The notes under the pieces are model-generated. The model worked only from the letters and a program-made list of their open reading frames with translations, searched no databases and was not told the DNA's origin. Shown here in pieces: positions 1-9,859 of a DNA stretch of 64,000 bases. The position numbers and the translations under genes are program-made. The stretch's first letter is position 1. Every line of letters begins with the position of its first letter. The stretch is from an uncultured delta proteobacterium (lineage in GTDB: Bacteria > Desulfobacterota > RBG-13-43-22): NCBI GenBank assembly GCA_963790475.1, contig CAWBOS010000010.1, forward strand, positions 1-64,000, in the 5' to 3' direction.

Positions 1-129
1 GGCTCAAGGGCAAGCTCTTTGAAAAACTGCAAACCAGGGAGACTACCTACCTTGAATAATTTGGCCAGAGAATCCTAATGGAGTGAAAACCGGTAAACCG
101 GAAAGTACGTTACCTAAAACAAATCGGCC

Positions 130-158
130 TTGACCTTATCCCCCTCCTTTGATAGGAT
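130..158 (+). promoter_or_regulatory. sigma70-like promoter
   Basis: TTGACC-17 bp-TAGGAT with TG just upstream of the -10, ahead of the purH-like gene. Confidence 0.55.
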
Positions 159-215
159 AAATAAGAACGTCAATTAATGACAGGGCGAAGGCCGGGAATG
201 AACAGGAGTGAGGAT

Positions 216-815
216 ATGGCAAACAAAAAGCGGGCCTTGATCAGTGTGACCGACAAGTCAGGGATCACCGAATTGGCTAAGGAGCTGGTGTCCCTGAGCT
301 TTGAAATACTTTCTACCGGGGGAACGGCCAAGGCGTTGCAATCAGCCGGTATCCCCGTGACAGAAGTTTCAGCCTACACGGGCTTTCCGGAAATATTGGA
401 CGGCCGGGTCAAAACCCTTCAACCTAAAATTCATGGGGGACTTTTAGGCCGCCGGAACGACGCCAAACACCGGGAACAGATGGAATCACTGGGCATTGAA
501 CCCATTGATCTGTTGATCGTCAATCTTTATGCCTTTGAAAAAACCGTGGCTAAACCCGGATGTACCCTGGAAGAAGCCATCGAGAATATCGATATCGGGG
601 GACCGGCCATGCTTCGGGCGGCCGCGAAAAATTTTCAGGATGTGACCGTCCTGACCGATCCGTCTGATTATCAAAAGGTCCTTGCGGAATTAAAAACCAA
701 CGGGAGAACTTCTCCGGCGACCCGGTTTTATCTGGCCAAGAAGGTCTATGCCCTGACCCATCACTATGATGGGGCCATTACCCGATATCTGGCGGATATA
801 GCCTTGGAAAAGTAA
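216..815 (+). CDS. purH: IMP cyclohydrolase (N-terminal half of PurH, stand-alone)
   Basis: [30 protein letters not shown] and ENIDIGGP motifs; ends at ~200 aa without the AICAR transformylase domain; ATG 216 follows AGGAG/GAGG. Confidence 0.85.
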   Translation: MANKKRALISVTDKSGITELAKELVSLSFEILSTGGTAKALQSAGIPVTEVSAYTGFPEILDGRVKTLQPKIHGGLLGRRNDAKHREQMESLGIEPIDLLIVNLYAFEKTVAKPGCTLEEAIENIDIGGPAMLRAAAKNFQDVTVLTDPSDYQKVLAELKTNGRTSPATRFYLAKKVYALTHHYDGAITRYLADIALEK

Positions 816-905
816 TAGAGAGCATACTGATTACCTATCGGTACCCACCCTGAAACCTATGGACCAAGAAAAGGTCCCGAGAGAACTTCAATAAAGAAAG
901 TCAAC

Positions 906-2279
906 ATGAAAAAACTCCTGTTAATAAACCCGGTATCCCAAATAAGCGGGGGTCTTTTGAGTAGGTTTTCTACTTTCCAACCCTTGAGCTTAGCTTATAT
1001 CGCAGCAGTCACTCCTCCCAACTGGGAGGTCAAAATAGCGGATGAGAACTTCGGGCAGTTACCATTAGAAGATGCCGATCTTGTAGGGATCACGGCCTTT
1101 ACCAGCAATATCAACAGGGCCTATGACCTAGCCCAGATGTACCATAAAAAGAACATTAGAGTAGTCATCGGCGGTATACATGGCTCCATGCTTCCGGATG
1201 AAGTATTGAATTTTGCAGACGCCGTCGTTGTGGGGGAGGCCGAAGGTATATGGGAAAAAGTCATCGACGACTTTGAAAATAATCGCCTATGCGGTAAGTA
1301 TTCCGGACCTCGACTGGATCTATCTCGTTTCAAAATAAAACCCCGCCGGGAATTAATGCGATCTGATTATCTATTTCAATCCGTTCAAACCTCCAGAGGG
1401 TGTCCGTTTAACTGCGATTTTTGCTCTGTGTCAAAATATCTTGGTCAGATGTACCGACAACGCAGACCCGAGGATGTCCTGGATGAACTCGAGGAGATAA
1501 AGGGGGAATACATATTCTTTTTGGATGACAATTTGGTGGGGTATACCGATGAGAGCAAAGACAGAGCCGTTGAATTGTTTGAGGGGATGATCCGGAGGGG
1601 GCTAAATAAAAAGTGGTGGATGCAGACATCCATCAACACGGCCGATGACGAAAAATTGTTGAAGCTGGCGGGACGATCGGGCTGCATGTTTGCTTTCATT
1701 GGACTTGAAAGCATCAGTGAAGAAAGCTTGAAGGCCATGAAGAAAGGGATAAATATAAAAATAGGAGTAGAAAACTACAGGAGGGTTATTAAGGCTTTTC
1801 ACCGCAATGGAATCGGCGTGGTCGGGTCTTTTATCGTTGGCAACGACCATGAATCTCCGGCATACTATCGGAGGCTGGCCCGTTTTTTGGTAAGCGCAGG
1901 GGTAGACGTTCTTCAGATGACTATCCTCACTCCCCTTCCGGGAACGGCATTAATGGAAAGGATGCGAAATGAAAATCGGCTGCTTTATGAGAACTTTCCT
2001 GATGACTGGGTAAAATACCGATTGTCCTATGTAGTTCGAAAGACCGTTGGAGTTGACCCGGATACCATCTACATGGGCAATAACTATATCAAGCATCACA
2101 TTTACTCTTTCCCCATGAACCAGTACCGCATGACGAAATCATTTCTCAGCATGAAAAACATTATCAATTTTTATGCTGTCTACAGGTTCAACCAGGCCCT
2201 GAAAAGAGGATGGAAAGGTTCCCACTATTACAATAAATATTCCACTAACCTGCAATCGGATTCTAAGTGTTGTCTGTAA
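906..2279 (+). CDS. B12-binding domain radical SAM protein
   Basis: N-terminal cobalamin-binding signature (DLVGITAFT, VIGGIHGS, VVVGEAE) and SRGCPFNCDFC motif. Confidence 0.9.
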   Translation: MKKLLLINPVSQISGGLLSRFSTFQPLSLAYIAAVTPPNWEVKIADENFGQLPLEDADLVGITAFTSNINRAYDLAQMYHKKNIRVVIGGIHGSMLPDEVLNFADAVVVGEAEGIWEKVIDDFENNRLCGKYSGPRLDLSRFKIKPRRELMRSDYLFQSVQTSRGCPFNCDFCSVSKYLGQMYRQRRPEDVLDELEEIKGEYIFFLDDNLVGYTDESKDRAVELFEGMIRRGLNKKWWMQTSINTADDEKLLKLAGRSGCMFAFIGLESISEESLKAMKKGINIKIGVENYRRVIKAFHRNGIGVVGSFIVGNDHESPAYYRRLARFLVSAGVDVLQMTILTPLPGTALMERMRNENRLLYENFPDDWVKYRLSYVVRKTVGVDPDTIYMGNNYIKHHIYSFPMNQYRMTKSFLSMKNIINFYAVYRFNQALKRGWKGSHYYNKYSTNLQSDSKCCL

Positions 2280-2482
2280 CTATTCAAACCATCAATCAAA
2301 CCATCCTATAACAGGACATTCTGCCGAAGATAAGAACCCTATAACCCAGCAGGGGTGGTTGAATGGCAGTTCACGGTTTTATGGATGAGATTGAAAAAAA
2401 ATATTTTTATTGACAAAACCTAAGAATAATCATTTAAATACAAAATCACCAAAAATTGAGATTAAGAAGAAAAGGACACCGT

Positions 2483-3332
2483 TTGAAACACCAAACTCAA
2501 CTCAGTAAATCAACCGATTACCTGATGGAAGATCTTGAAGAATCCTTTCGTCTGGACCAAAAAACCGATCCCCTGGTTGTCGAAAAGCAGGCTCAATGGG
2601 CGGAGATACGAGGTTGGACCTGGGCTGCAACCCGGAATGCGTGTTGCCGACCTGGGCTGCGGTTCCGGGATAACGACCTCGATCCTGTATGGTCTGGTTC
2701 ACCCCGGCGGGGAGGTGATCGGCCTGGACTTCGCCCCGAGCCGATATGAATTTGCTCTAAGTCATTATGCCGGTCCGGGAATCCGGTTTCTCTGTCGGGA
2801 TGTGCGCGATCCCCTGGATGACCTGGGGACCTTTGATTTTCTATGGGTTCGCTTCCTGTTGGAATACTATCTTTCGACCAGCTACGAGATCGTAAAACAT
2901 GTTTCAAAATATTTAAAGCCGGGGGGAACCCTGTGCCTGATCGACCTGGATCATAATTGTTTAAATCATTATGGACTTCCGGAAAGAATGGAGAGAAGCC
3001 TTACTGAATTAACCGTCCTTTCTCAGGAAAAGGCCGATTTTGATCCTTGGGCGGGAAGGAAATTATATTCTTTTCTTTATAATCTGGGATATGAAAATAT
3101 TTCCGTGGATGTTTCGGCCCATCACTTGATCTACGGTCCTCTAAAGGAAACGGACGCCTTTAACTGGGAGAAAAAAGTCGAAGTGCTCCCTCAAAAATTA
3201 AAATATGACTTCAAGGAATATCAGGGGTCCCACAAAGAATTCTTGAAAGAATTCTCAGGGTATATCCGGGATCCCAGACGGTTCATTTATACCCCGGTCA
3301 TTGCCTGCCGGGGGATTAAACCAACCTCCTAA
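2483..3332 (+). pseudogene. class I SAM-dependent methyltransferase, frameshifted near 2603-2621
   Basis: VADLGCGSG SAM motif in the 2535 frame; N-terminus (YLMED..RLDQKTD..QAQWA) in the 2456 frame; removing 19 nt joins them as WA-GLQPG. Confidence 0.7.
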
Positions 3333-3410
3333 TAACCTTTTCCTTCCCCAAATTATTGTAAAAGTAGTGGTGGATAAATTTAAGGGTCCTGCAGGGAGAA
3401 ACGATCTCCC

Positions 3411-3752
3411 GATCCCTTCCACATCCCCCATTACCACGGAGTCCCCGTGCTGTAAGACCCCTCCGGGATCATGGAAGCATGAATACCGCAAAGATAACCT
3501 TAATCTTTTTCTTCCGAATATATCTTGGCTAATTCATAAGCCGGTTGATATTACTGGTAAAAGAAGTAATTCCCACCAGATCGGCTTCTTCAAATTCAAA
3601 GGTAGTAAAATTCTCATCCTTTATTTTAACCTCCCAGTCCGTAGGGGCGAGGGTAGCTATATAAGGAAGGTTTAAAGGAGGGAGTGTTGAAAATTTGTTT
3701 AACAACCTGCCGCTTCTGCGGCCATGGGATTTAATAATTGAAGTTTCTTCAC
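3411..3752 (-). pseudogene. decayed partial paralog of the B12-binding domain of 906..2279
   Basis: Minus strand reads across frameshifts as MKKLQLLNP..LLNKFSTLPPLNLPYIATLAPTDWEVKIKDENF..EADLVGITSFTSNINR/AYELAKIY..GIHASMIPE..DSVVMGDVEGI, colinear with the N-terminus of the 906 ORF. Confidence 0.85.
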
Positions 3753-3819
3753 GTTTATGATGTTCTTTCTACATTTATTGGCGTTTGTTATTTGACTATT
3801 TCTGTTCTCTATTCTTCCC

Positions 3820-3848
3820 TTGACGGCCTTTTGAGTCCATAGTATGAT
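3820..3848 (+). promoter_or_regulatory. sigma70-like promoter
   Basis: TTGACG-17 bp-TATGAT upstream of 3910. Confidence 0.6.
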
Positions 3849-3909
3849 TATTTATTAAAAAGTAAATACTTATCAGCAGATTGCCTGCCTATCTTTCATA
3901 AGGGCCTTT

Positions 3910-5205
3910 ATGGACATAAAGAACCTCCAGTCCTTAGTTCAAAACCTCCCAGGGATTTCGGCCTGGGAGATTCGCAATTTTAGGAAGAAAAGTTATCAAC
4001 GCTACCTTATTTTCGACCAGATCGAATCCCAAAGGGTGGTGGAAACAGAAAAATTTGTAGCCGTCCTCTATAAGGAATATGAATTTCAAGGGCAAAAATG
4101 CCTTGGTGAATCCACCGTTTCTCTCTCGGAAGGGGATAATATACGGGAGAAACTGACCCTGGGCATGGAAATGGCTGCCCTGGTGGCTAATCCGTTCTTC
4201 GAATTGCCTGGAAAGGGATTAGTATACGATCAGCCTCAAGGCATTGATCTCGAAGTCAGAGAGCGCCCCTTTTTCTACCTGGAACGCATCCAGGAGGATT
4301 TGGAAAAAATCCCCCAGGAAGGGATCAAACGAAGTTCGACGGAAATTTTTATTGAGGATAGAATATTCTTTCTGATAAACTCCAACGGCCTGGAACAGGA
4401 AGAAGAGGCGACAGAATTTCTGGTGGATTTTGTTTTATTAGCCGGGAAAGGCGCTTTGTTGGAGGGGGAAAGTCAGGGAATTAAGCAAGCCAGATTTTAT
4501 AAGGATCTCGGTTTAGCCGAGATGGGGGACAAATATGCCCGATACACCAGAGAATCTCTGGAGGCCCGGCTTCCCAAGGGTGGAAGATATCCGGTCGTTT
4601 TTTCGGAAGAGGCCCTGGATACGTTATTTAATTATTTTTGCCTCCAGTCCTCAGGGGCGGCCCGTTTTCAGAACTGGTCTCAGTTAGAGGTTGGTCAGCC
4701 GGTAATCTCCGATTTGAAAGGGGAAGCCCTGGCCTTGTCCAGTAATCCGACCCTGCCTGGCGGTATCAAGACCCGGGCCTTTGACGACAACGGCCTGCCC
4801 CTTCACCGGGTTCAAGTCATCGATAATAACATCTTCCAAAAACGGATGAACACTAAACGATATGCCGATTATTTGCAGGAAGAAGCCACCGGTGATTTTT
4901 CCAACCGAGAGGTCGGCACAGGTTCAAGATCCTTTTTGGATCTTCTGGCAGAAGGTCCGTGTTATCATTTACTGCGGTTTTCCACCTTTGAACCCAATCC
5001 CATTACCGGAGCTTTTTCCGGTGAGATTCGAACCGGGTATTTCTTAAAGAATGGGCAAGAAATTCCGATAAAAGGAGGATCGGTTTCCGGACACATGCCT
5101 GAGGCCTTTAAACAAGCTTTTTTCTCCCGGGAATTGACCCGAAGAGAAGCCTATCTGGGACCAAAGGCGGTTAGAATTGAGAAGCTGGATATAGCCGGTA
5201 CGTGA
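3910..5205 (+). CDS. TldD/PmbA-family metallopeptidase-related protein (PmbA/TldE-like)
   Basis: C-terminal FDDNG, NPITGAFSGE and PIKGGSVSG motifs; no HExxxH seen. Confidence 0.75.
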   Translation: MDIKNLQSLVQNLPGISAWEIRNFRKKSYQRYLIFDQIESQRVVETEKFVAVLYKEYEFQGQKCLGESTVSLSEGDNIREKLTLGMEMAALVANPFFELPGKGLVYDQPQGIDLEVRERPFFYLERIQEDLEKIPQEGIKRSSTEIFIEDRIFFLINSNGLEQEEEATEFLVDFVLLAGKGALLEGESQGIKQARFYKDLGLAEMGDKYARYTRESLEARLPKGGRYPVVFSEEALDTLFNYFCLQSSGAARFQNWSQLEVGQPVISDLKGEALALSSNPTLPGGIKTRAFDDNGLPLHRVQVIDNNIFQKRMNTKRYADYLQEEATGDFSNREVGTGSRSFLDLLAEGPCYHLLRFSTFEPNPITGAFSGEIRTGYFLKNGQEIPIKGGSVSGHMPEAFKQAFFSRELTRREAYLGPKAVRIEKLDIAGT

Positions 5206-5251
5206 TTTTTCAGTTTGGGAATATAACCATTTGGTAATTTTGGATTAGAAA

Positions 5252-8077
5252 ATGGAAGAAACTCCTCTTTACAACAGTCGACTTCTGAAAAATTATGTGG
5301 AATATCTTCGAAAATTTTATCCCCACGTAGATCCCAATGATCTCCTGGAATATGCGGGGATCGACTATTCCGAGATCGAAGAAGGCGGGCAATGGTTAAC
5401 CCAGAGGCAGATAGACCGCTTTCATGAGATGCTTAGTCAGCTTACCGACAATCCCAATATTTCCAGGGAGGTGGGCCGCTTCTCCGTCTCGGCCAGCGCC
5501 CTTGGACCACTGCGCAGATATGCCTTGGGGTTTTTAACCCCTTTAATGGGTTACCTCGTGGTAGGAAAATATGCCAATAAGGTTACCCAGGCGACCACCT
5601 ATAAAGTCAAGAAATTAGGAAGACGAAAAGTCGAAATCCGAGTCGAATTAAAGGCCGAAGTAAAGGAAAACCCCTTTCAGTGTGAAAACCGTATGGGGAT
5701 GTTAGAAGTTCTGGCCAAATTATTCACTAAAAAACTGGCCCATATGGATCATCCGGTCTGCGTCCATAAAGGGGGTAGTTTTTGCCAGTATTTCGTTTCC
5801 TGGGAAAAGACCCCTTCCTATGTCTGGAAATTGATCCAGTACTACGGTTTTTCTTTGAGCCTGCTCCTGGTTGTGGGGTCTTTTTTTGTTTGGCCTTTCT
5901 CATCCTGGATTTGGCTGCTTTTTATCGGTCTTCTTTTAAACCTGGGGATCATTCTCTTCGCGGAGTATGTAGAAAAAAAGGAGCTGGTCGATAACATAAA
6001 CAAGGAAAGTGAAGCCTCCCAATTGTTACTCATTCAGGCCAACAGTCGTTATAACGAGGTCCTGCTAGTCAAAGAGATCGGCCAGACCCTTTCCATGATT
6101 CTGGATATCGACGTATCGCTCCGGTCCATCATGGAAGCCATGAGAAAACGGCTGGACTTTGACCGGGGAATGATCATGCTGGCCGACAAAGAAAGAACCC
6201 GGCTGACTTTTGTCACCGGTTACGGATATGATCAAGAAGATGAAGCCTATTTTAAAAAGCTCGAGTTCCGTCTGGATAATCCTCAATCCACGGGTTTGAT
6301 AGTAGAATCATTTAAGAAGCAAGCCCCTTATATGATCAACAATACGGAGGATGTGGCCAAAAAAGTTTCCCCGAAAAGTTTGGAATTCCTTCGCCGGGCA
6401 GGTACCCAATCCTTTATCTGTGTACCTATTATCTTCAAGAAAGAATCACTCGGCGTTCTCCTGGTGGACAACCTGACTTCCAAAAGACCTTTAACCAAAG
6501 GAGATTTGAGCCTCTTGATGGGGATCGCCCCTCAGATTGCCATCAACCTAAATAATGCCGCATCCTATAAAAAAATACAAGAAAGCGAAGAACGGTTTCG
6601 ATCCTTAAGTGAAAATACGCCGGACATTATCTATGCCTTGAATAGTGAAGGTTTTTTTTCCTATGTGAATCCGGCCATGGAAAGGATATTGGGTAATTCC
6701 CCATCGGAAGTTGTTGGAAAAAAATTCATCGATTTTGTCAAGGAAGGAGAATCTAACAAGTTTCAAGATCTCTTTGATCTGGTCTGGAAGGAAAAGAAAA
6801 TTATTCCCGACACCCTGGGGACTTTTTTAACCAAAGACGGGAAAGAACGGATCTTCAGTGTCAGCGGAGGCCCAAATTTTGATTCTGAAGGGAATGTGGT
6901 TAGTTTGGTAGGTATTTTAAGAGATATTACCGACCAGACCTTTTTAGAAGCCCGACTTCGTCAAGCCAAGAAAATGGAGGCCATCGGTACCCTGGCCGGT
7001 GGGATTGCCCATGATTTTAATAACCTGCTTATGGGTATTCAGGGATATACTTCACTCATTCTCCTGAAGGTTAATGAAAAGCATCCTTTCTATGACAAAC
7101 TGCTCGGTATCAACCAACAAGTTCAGAGCGGCGTGGACTTGACCCGGCAGTTACTGGGATTTGCCCGGGGCGGGAAGAATGAAGTAAAATCTGTGGATAT
7201 AAACCAAATTCTCCTCCAGTCTTCGGAGATGTTCGGGAGGGCGAAAAAGGAAATTCGTGTTCGTCGCCGATTCCAGGAGGACCTCTGGCCCGTTGAGGTG
7301 GATCAGGGTCAGATCGAACAAGCCTTATTAAACCTGTATATGAATGCCTGGCAGGCCATGCCCGGAGGAGGGTCCATTTATTTGCAGACCGAGAACATTC
7401 TTTTTACTTCCTACGGTCCCTACCAGCTCAATCCCGGAATGTATGTGAAGATTTCCGTTACGGATACCGGAGACGGGATGGATGAAAGCATTATTGAAAG
7501 AATTTTTGAGCCTTTTTTTACCACCAAAGAGATGGGTCGGGGTACCGGTTTGGGGTTGGCCATGGTTTATGGAATTATCAAAAGTCACGGAGGAAGCATT
7601 TTTGCAAAGAGTCAAAAGGGTCAGGGAAGTACCTTTTCCATTTATCTTCCGGCATCGGATAAAAAAATGGTCGTAGAAGAAAAACTTAATGAAAGGGCGG
7701 TTTGTGGGGATGAGACTATCCTTTTAGTGGATGATGAGGAAGTGATCCTGACCGTTACCCGAGAAATCCTGGAGAACTTGGGATACCAGGTCTTATCAGC
7801 CAGTAATGGTCAAGACGCAATCTCTCTTTACCAACAAAAAAATAAAGAAATTTCTATCGTGATCTTAGATATGATTATGCCGGATCTCAAGGGGAGCCAG
7901 ACCTATGATCAGCTTAAGGAGATTGATGCCGGGGTGAAAGTGCTCCTGTCCAGCGGGTACAGCATCGATGGGCAGGCCACCCAACTTATTGAAAAAGGGT
8001 GCAAGGCCTTTATCCAAAAACCCTATACGGTTTCGGAATTGTCACAGAAGGTGAGAGAAGTTTTGGAGATGCCTTAA
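5252..8077 (+). CDS. membrane hybrid sensor histidine kinase (unknown N-domain, TM, GAF, PAS, HisKA, HATPase, REC)
   Basis: GIAHDFNNLL H-box; FEPFFTTK and GTGLGLA; receiver LVDDE..ILDMIMP..KP; two hydrophobic helices. Confidence 0.92.
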   Translation: MEETPLYNSRLLKNYVEYLRKFYPHVDPNDLLEYAGIDYSEIEEGGQWLTQRQIDRFHEMLSQLTDNPNISREVGRFSVSASALGPLRRYALGFLTPLMGYLVVGKYANKVTQATTYKVKKLGRRKVEIRVELKAEVKENPFQCENRMGMLEVLAKLFTKKLAHMDHPVCVHKGGSFCQYFVSWEKTPSYVWKLIQYYGFSLSLLLVVGSFFVWPFSSWIWLLFIGLLLNLGIILFAEYVEKKELVDNINKESEASQLLLIQANSRYNEVLLVKEIGQTLSMILDIDVSLRSIMEAMRKRLDFDRGMIMLADKERTRLTFVTGYGYDQEDEAYFKKLEFRLDNPQSTGLIVESFKKQAPYMINNTEDVAKKVSPKSLEFLRRAGTQSFICVPIIFKKESLGVLLVDNLTSKRPLTKGDLSLLMGIAPQIAINLNNAASYKKIQESEERFRSLSENTPDIIYALNSEGFFSYVNPAMERILGNSPSEVVGKKFIDFVKEGESNKFQDLFDLVWKEKKIIPDTLGTFLTKDGKERIFSVSGGPNFDSEGNVVSLVGILRDITDQTFLEARLRQAKKMEAIGTLAGGIAHDFNNLLMGIQGYTSLILLKVNEKHPFYDKLLGINQQVQSGVDLTRQLLGFARGGKNEVKSVDINQILLQSSEMFGRAKKEIRVRRRFQEDLWPVEVDQGQIEQALLNLYMNAWQAMPGGGSIYLQTENILFTSYGPYQLNPGMYVKISVTDTGDGMDESIIERIFEPFFTTKEMGRGTGLGLAMVYGIIKSHGGSIFAKSQKGQGSTFSIYLPASDKKMVVEEKLNERAVCGDETILLVDDEEVILTVTREILENLGYQVLSASNGQDAISLYQQKNKEISIVILDMIMPDLKGSQTYDQLKEIDAGVKVLLSSGYSIDGQATQLIEKGCKAFIQKPYTVSELSQKVREVLEMP

Positions 8078-8082
8078 GAAGA

Positions 8083-8175
8083 TGTGATCAGTGACAAGTG
8101 ACAGGTGACGAGGCAAGATAATTTCTCTTGATTATAAACTTAAAGCTTTCAGCTATGAGCTTTGACCTTTGAGCT
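8083..8175. repeat. period-7 repeat tracts
   Basis: agtgaca agtgaca ggtgacg ... agctttc agctatg agctttg acctttg. Confidence 0.55.
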
Positions 8176-8191
8176 ATATTGAGGAAGGGCC

Positions 8192-8674
8192 ATGGAACTG
8201 ACCGTTCAAAAATTGGAAATCCCTGATGGGGCCAATATTATCTTTGGACAAACCCACTTCATCAAAACCGTGGAAGACCTCTATGAAATCCTCATCGGAT
8301 CCGTTCCGGGGATAAAATTCGGACTGGCTTTTTGTGAGGCCTCGGGGGATTGCTTGATCCGAAGCTTGGGCAACGATCCGGATTTAGAGACCTCGGCGGT
8401 CAACAACGCCAGAAATATCGGGGCGGGACATACCTTCAATATCCTTCTCCGCCAGGCTTTTCCCATCAATGTTCTGAATGCCGTCAAAAGCTGCCCGGAG
8501 GTCTGCCAGATCTTTTGCGCCACGGCGAATCCGTCAGAAGTCATCCTGGCTCAGACCGATCTGGGCCGGGGGGTTCTGGGTGTAGTGGATGGCTTTTCTC
8601 CTCGGGGGGTGGAAAAAGAAGACGGTCGCCTCTGGAGAAAGGATATCCTTCGGAAGTTCGGTTATAAATTATGA
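8192..8674 (+). CDS. adenosine-specific kinase family (DUF355) protein
   Basis: GQTHFIKTVEDL, GLAFCEASG, CATANP and GVLGVVDG motifs. Confidence 0.85.
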   Translation: MELTVQKLEIPDGANIIFGQTHFIKTVEDLYEILIGSVPGIKFGLAFCEASGDCLIRSLGNDPDLETSAVNNARNIGAGHTFNILLRQAFPINVLNAVKSCPEVCQIFCATANPSEVILAQTDLGRGVLGVVDGFSPRGVEKEDGRLWRKDILRKFGYKL

Positions 8675-8698
8675 AACCTTTACAGCCATAGATCGGTT

Positions 8699-9598
8699 AT
8701 GACGAAAAAAAAGTTAATTGTCCCCCCTTTTCTTAACCTTGGAGACACCATCGGAATTGCTACTCCCGCCAGCCCTTATAAGTCCGAAGCCCTTGGGGAA
8801 GGCATTCATGTCTTGAAGCAATGGGGATTTCAGGTAACCTTGGACCGAAAAAGGATCGGTCGAAAAAGTTATCTCGCCGGTACGGACCGGGAACGGGCCG
8901 AGGAATTAATGGGGCTCTTTTCCGATCCGGGAATAAAAGCCATCCTCTGTTCCCGCGGCGGCTATGGCGCCATGCGGATTTTGGATTTTCTGGATTTTAA
9001 AAAAATAAAAGATCATCCCAAACTCTTTATGGGATTTAGTGATGTCACCGTGTTGTTGTTGGCCTTGTGGAAAAAAGCCGGGTTAATGGCTTTCCATGGT
9101 CCCATGGTGACCACGCTCCCTCAATTAACAGCTCCGGCATTGATTACGGTACAGACGACCTTATTGGGATTTTATCAAATTCAAATCCCCCTGGACGCCA
9201 ATCGGGCTATTCGGCCGGGAAGCGCCCGGGGTATTTTGATGGGTGGAAATTTAACCCTGCTGACTCACTTGATAGGGACCGCCTACGAGCCGGTCTGGGA
9301 CCAGGCCATTCTTTTTCTCGAGGACTGCGGAGAAGATCCCTACCGGGTAGATCGTCTTTTCGCCCACCTGCGATTAAGCGGCTGTCTGGAAAAGGTTTCC
9401 GCCATCCTTCTGGGTAAGATTACCGGGTCCAATAAGAAAGACCTTCCCCTGAGCCTGCTTAAAGAAATCCTAAATGATTTGAATATCCCGATCTGGGCTG
9501 GATTACCCATAGGCCACGGTTCCCGGAATATCCCCCTTCCGGTGGGGGCCCCGGCCTTCCTGGATGCTGAAAAGGCTTTGTTGTCAGTCGATTTGTGA
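8699..9598 (+). CDS. LD-carboxypeptidase (peptidase S66)
   Basis: RGGYG, GFSDVT (catalytic Ser), GGNL, FLED and PIGHG. Confidence 0.9.
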   Translation: MTKKKLIVPPFLNLGDTIGIATPASPYKSEALGEGIHVLKQWGFQVTLDRKRIGRKSYLAGTDRERAEELMGLFSDPGIKAILCSRGGYGAMRILDFLDFKKIKDHPKLFMGFSDVTVLLLALWKKAGLMAFHGPMVTTLPQLTAPALITVQTTLLGFYQIQIPLDANRAIRPGSARGILMGGNLTLLTHLIGTAYEPVWDQAILFLEDCGEDPYRVDRLFAHLRLSGCLEKVSAILLGKITGSNKKDLPLSLLKEILNDLNIPIWAGLPIGHGSRNIPLPVGAPAFLDAEKALLSVDL

Positions 9599-9757
9599 TG
9601 GACTGTTCAAAAGTCGCTGCAAGCCCGTTTTTGTCATTCCGGTCCCGCTAAGAGCGGGATAAACTCCAGTCGGAATCCATGAAGACGGAACCAGTCCCGG
9701 CTTTCACCAGGACGAGATCTGGACCCCGGTTTTCACCGGAGTGACGACCTTTTGCGA
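9596..9757. repeat. palindromic MITE/REP-like element, family A
   Basis: GTCATTCCGG..CGGAATCC..CTGGACCCCGGTTTTCACCGG.GTGACG shared with 44886 and 46823. Confidence 0.75.
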
Positions 9758-9859
9758 TAGATACAGTCATTTAAAACTGAACATTCAAAGTTCAAAGCTT
9801 CAGGGCTTTTCCTTTTAACCTTATAGTATAGTAGCAAAACGGATTTTATTTGTGCTGCC

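Noticed and set aside
3301-3675. 124 aa plus-strand ORF
   Set aside because: Antisense shadow of the radical SAM pseudogene
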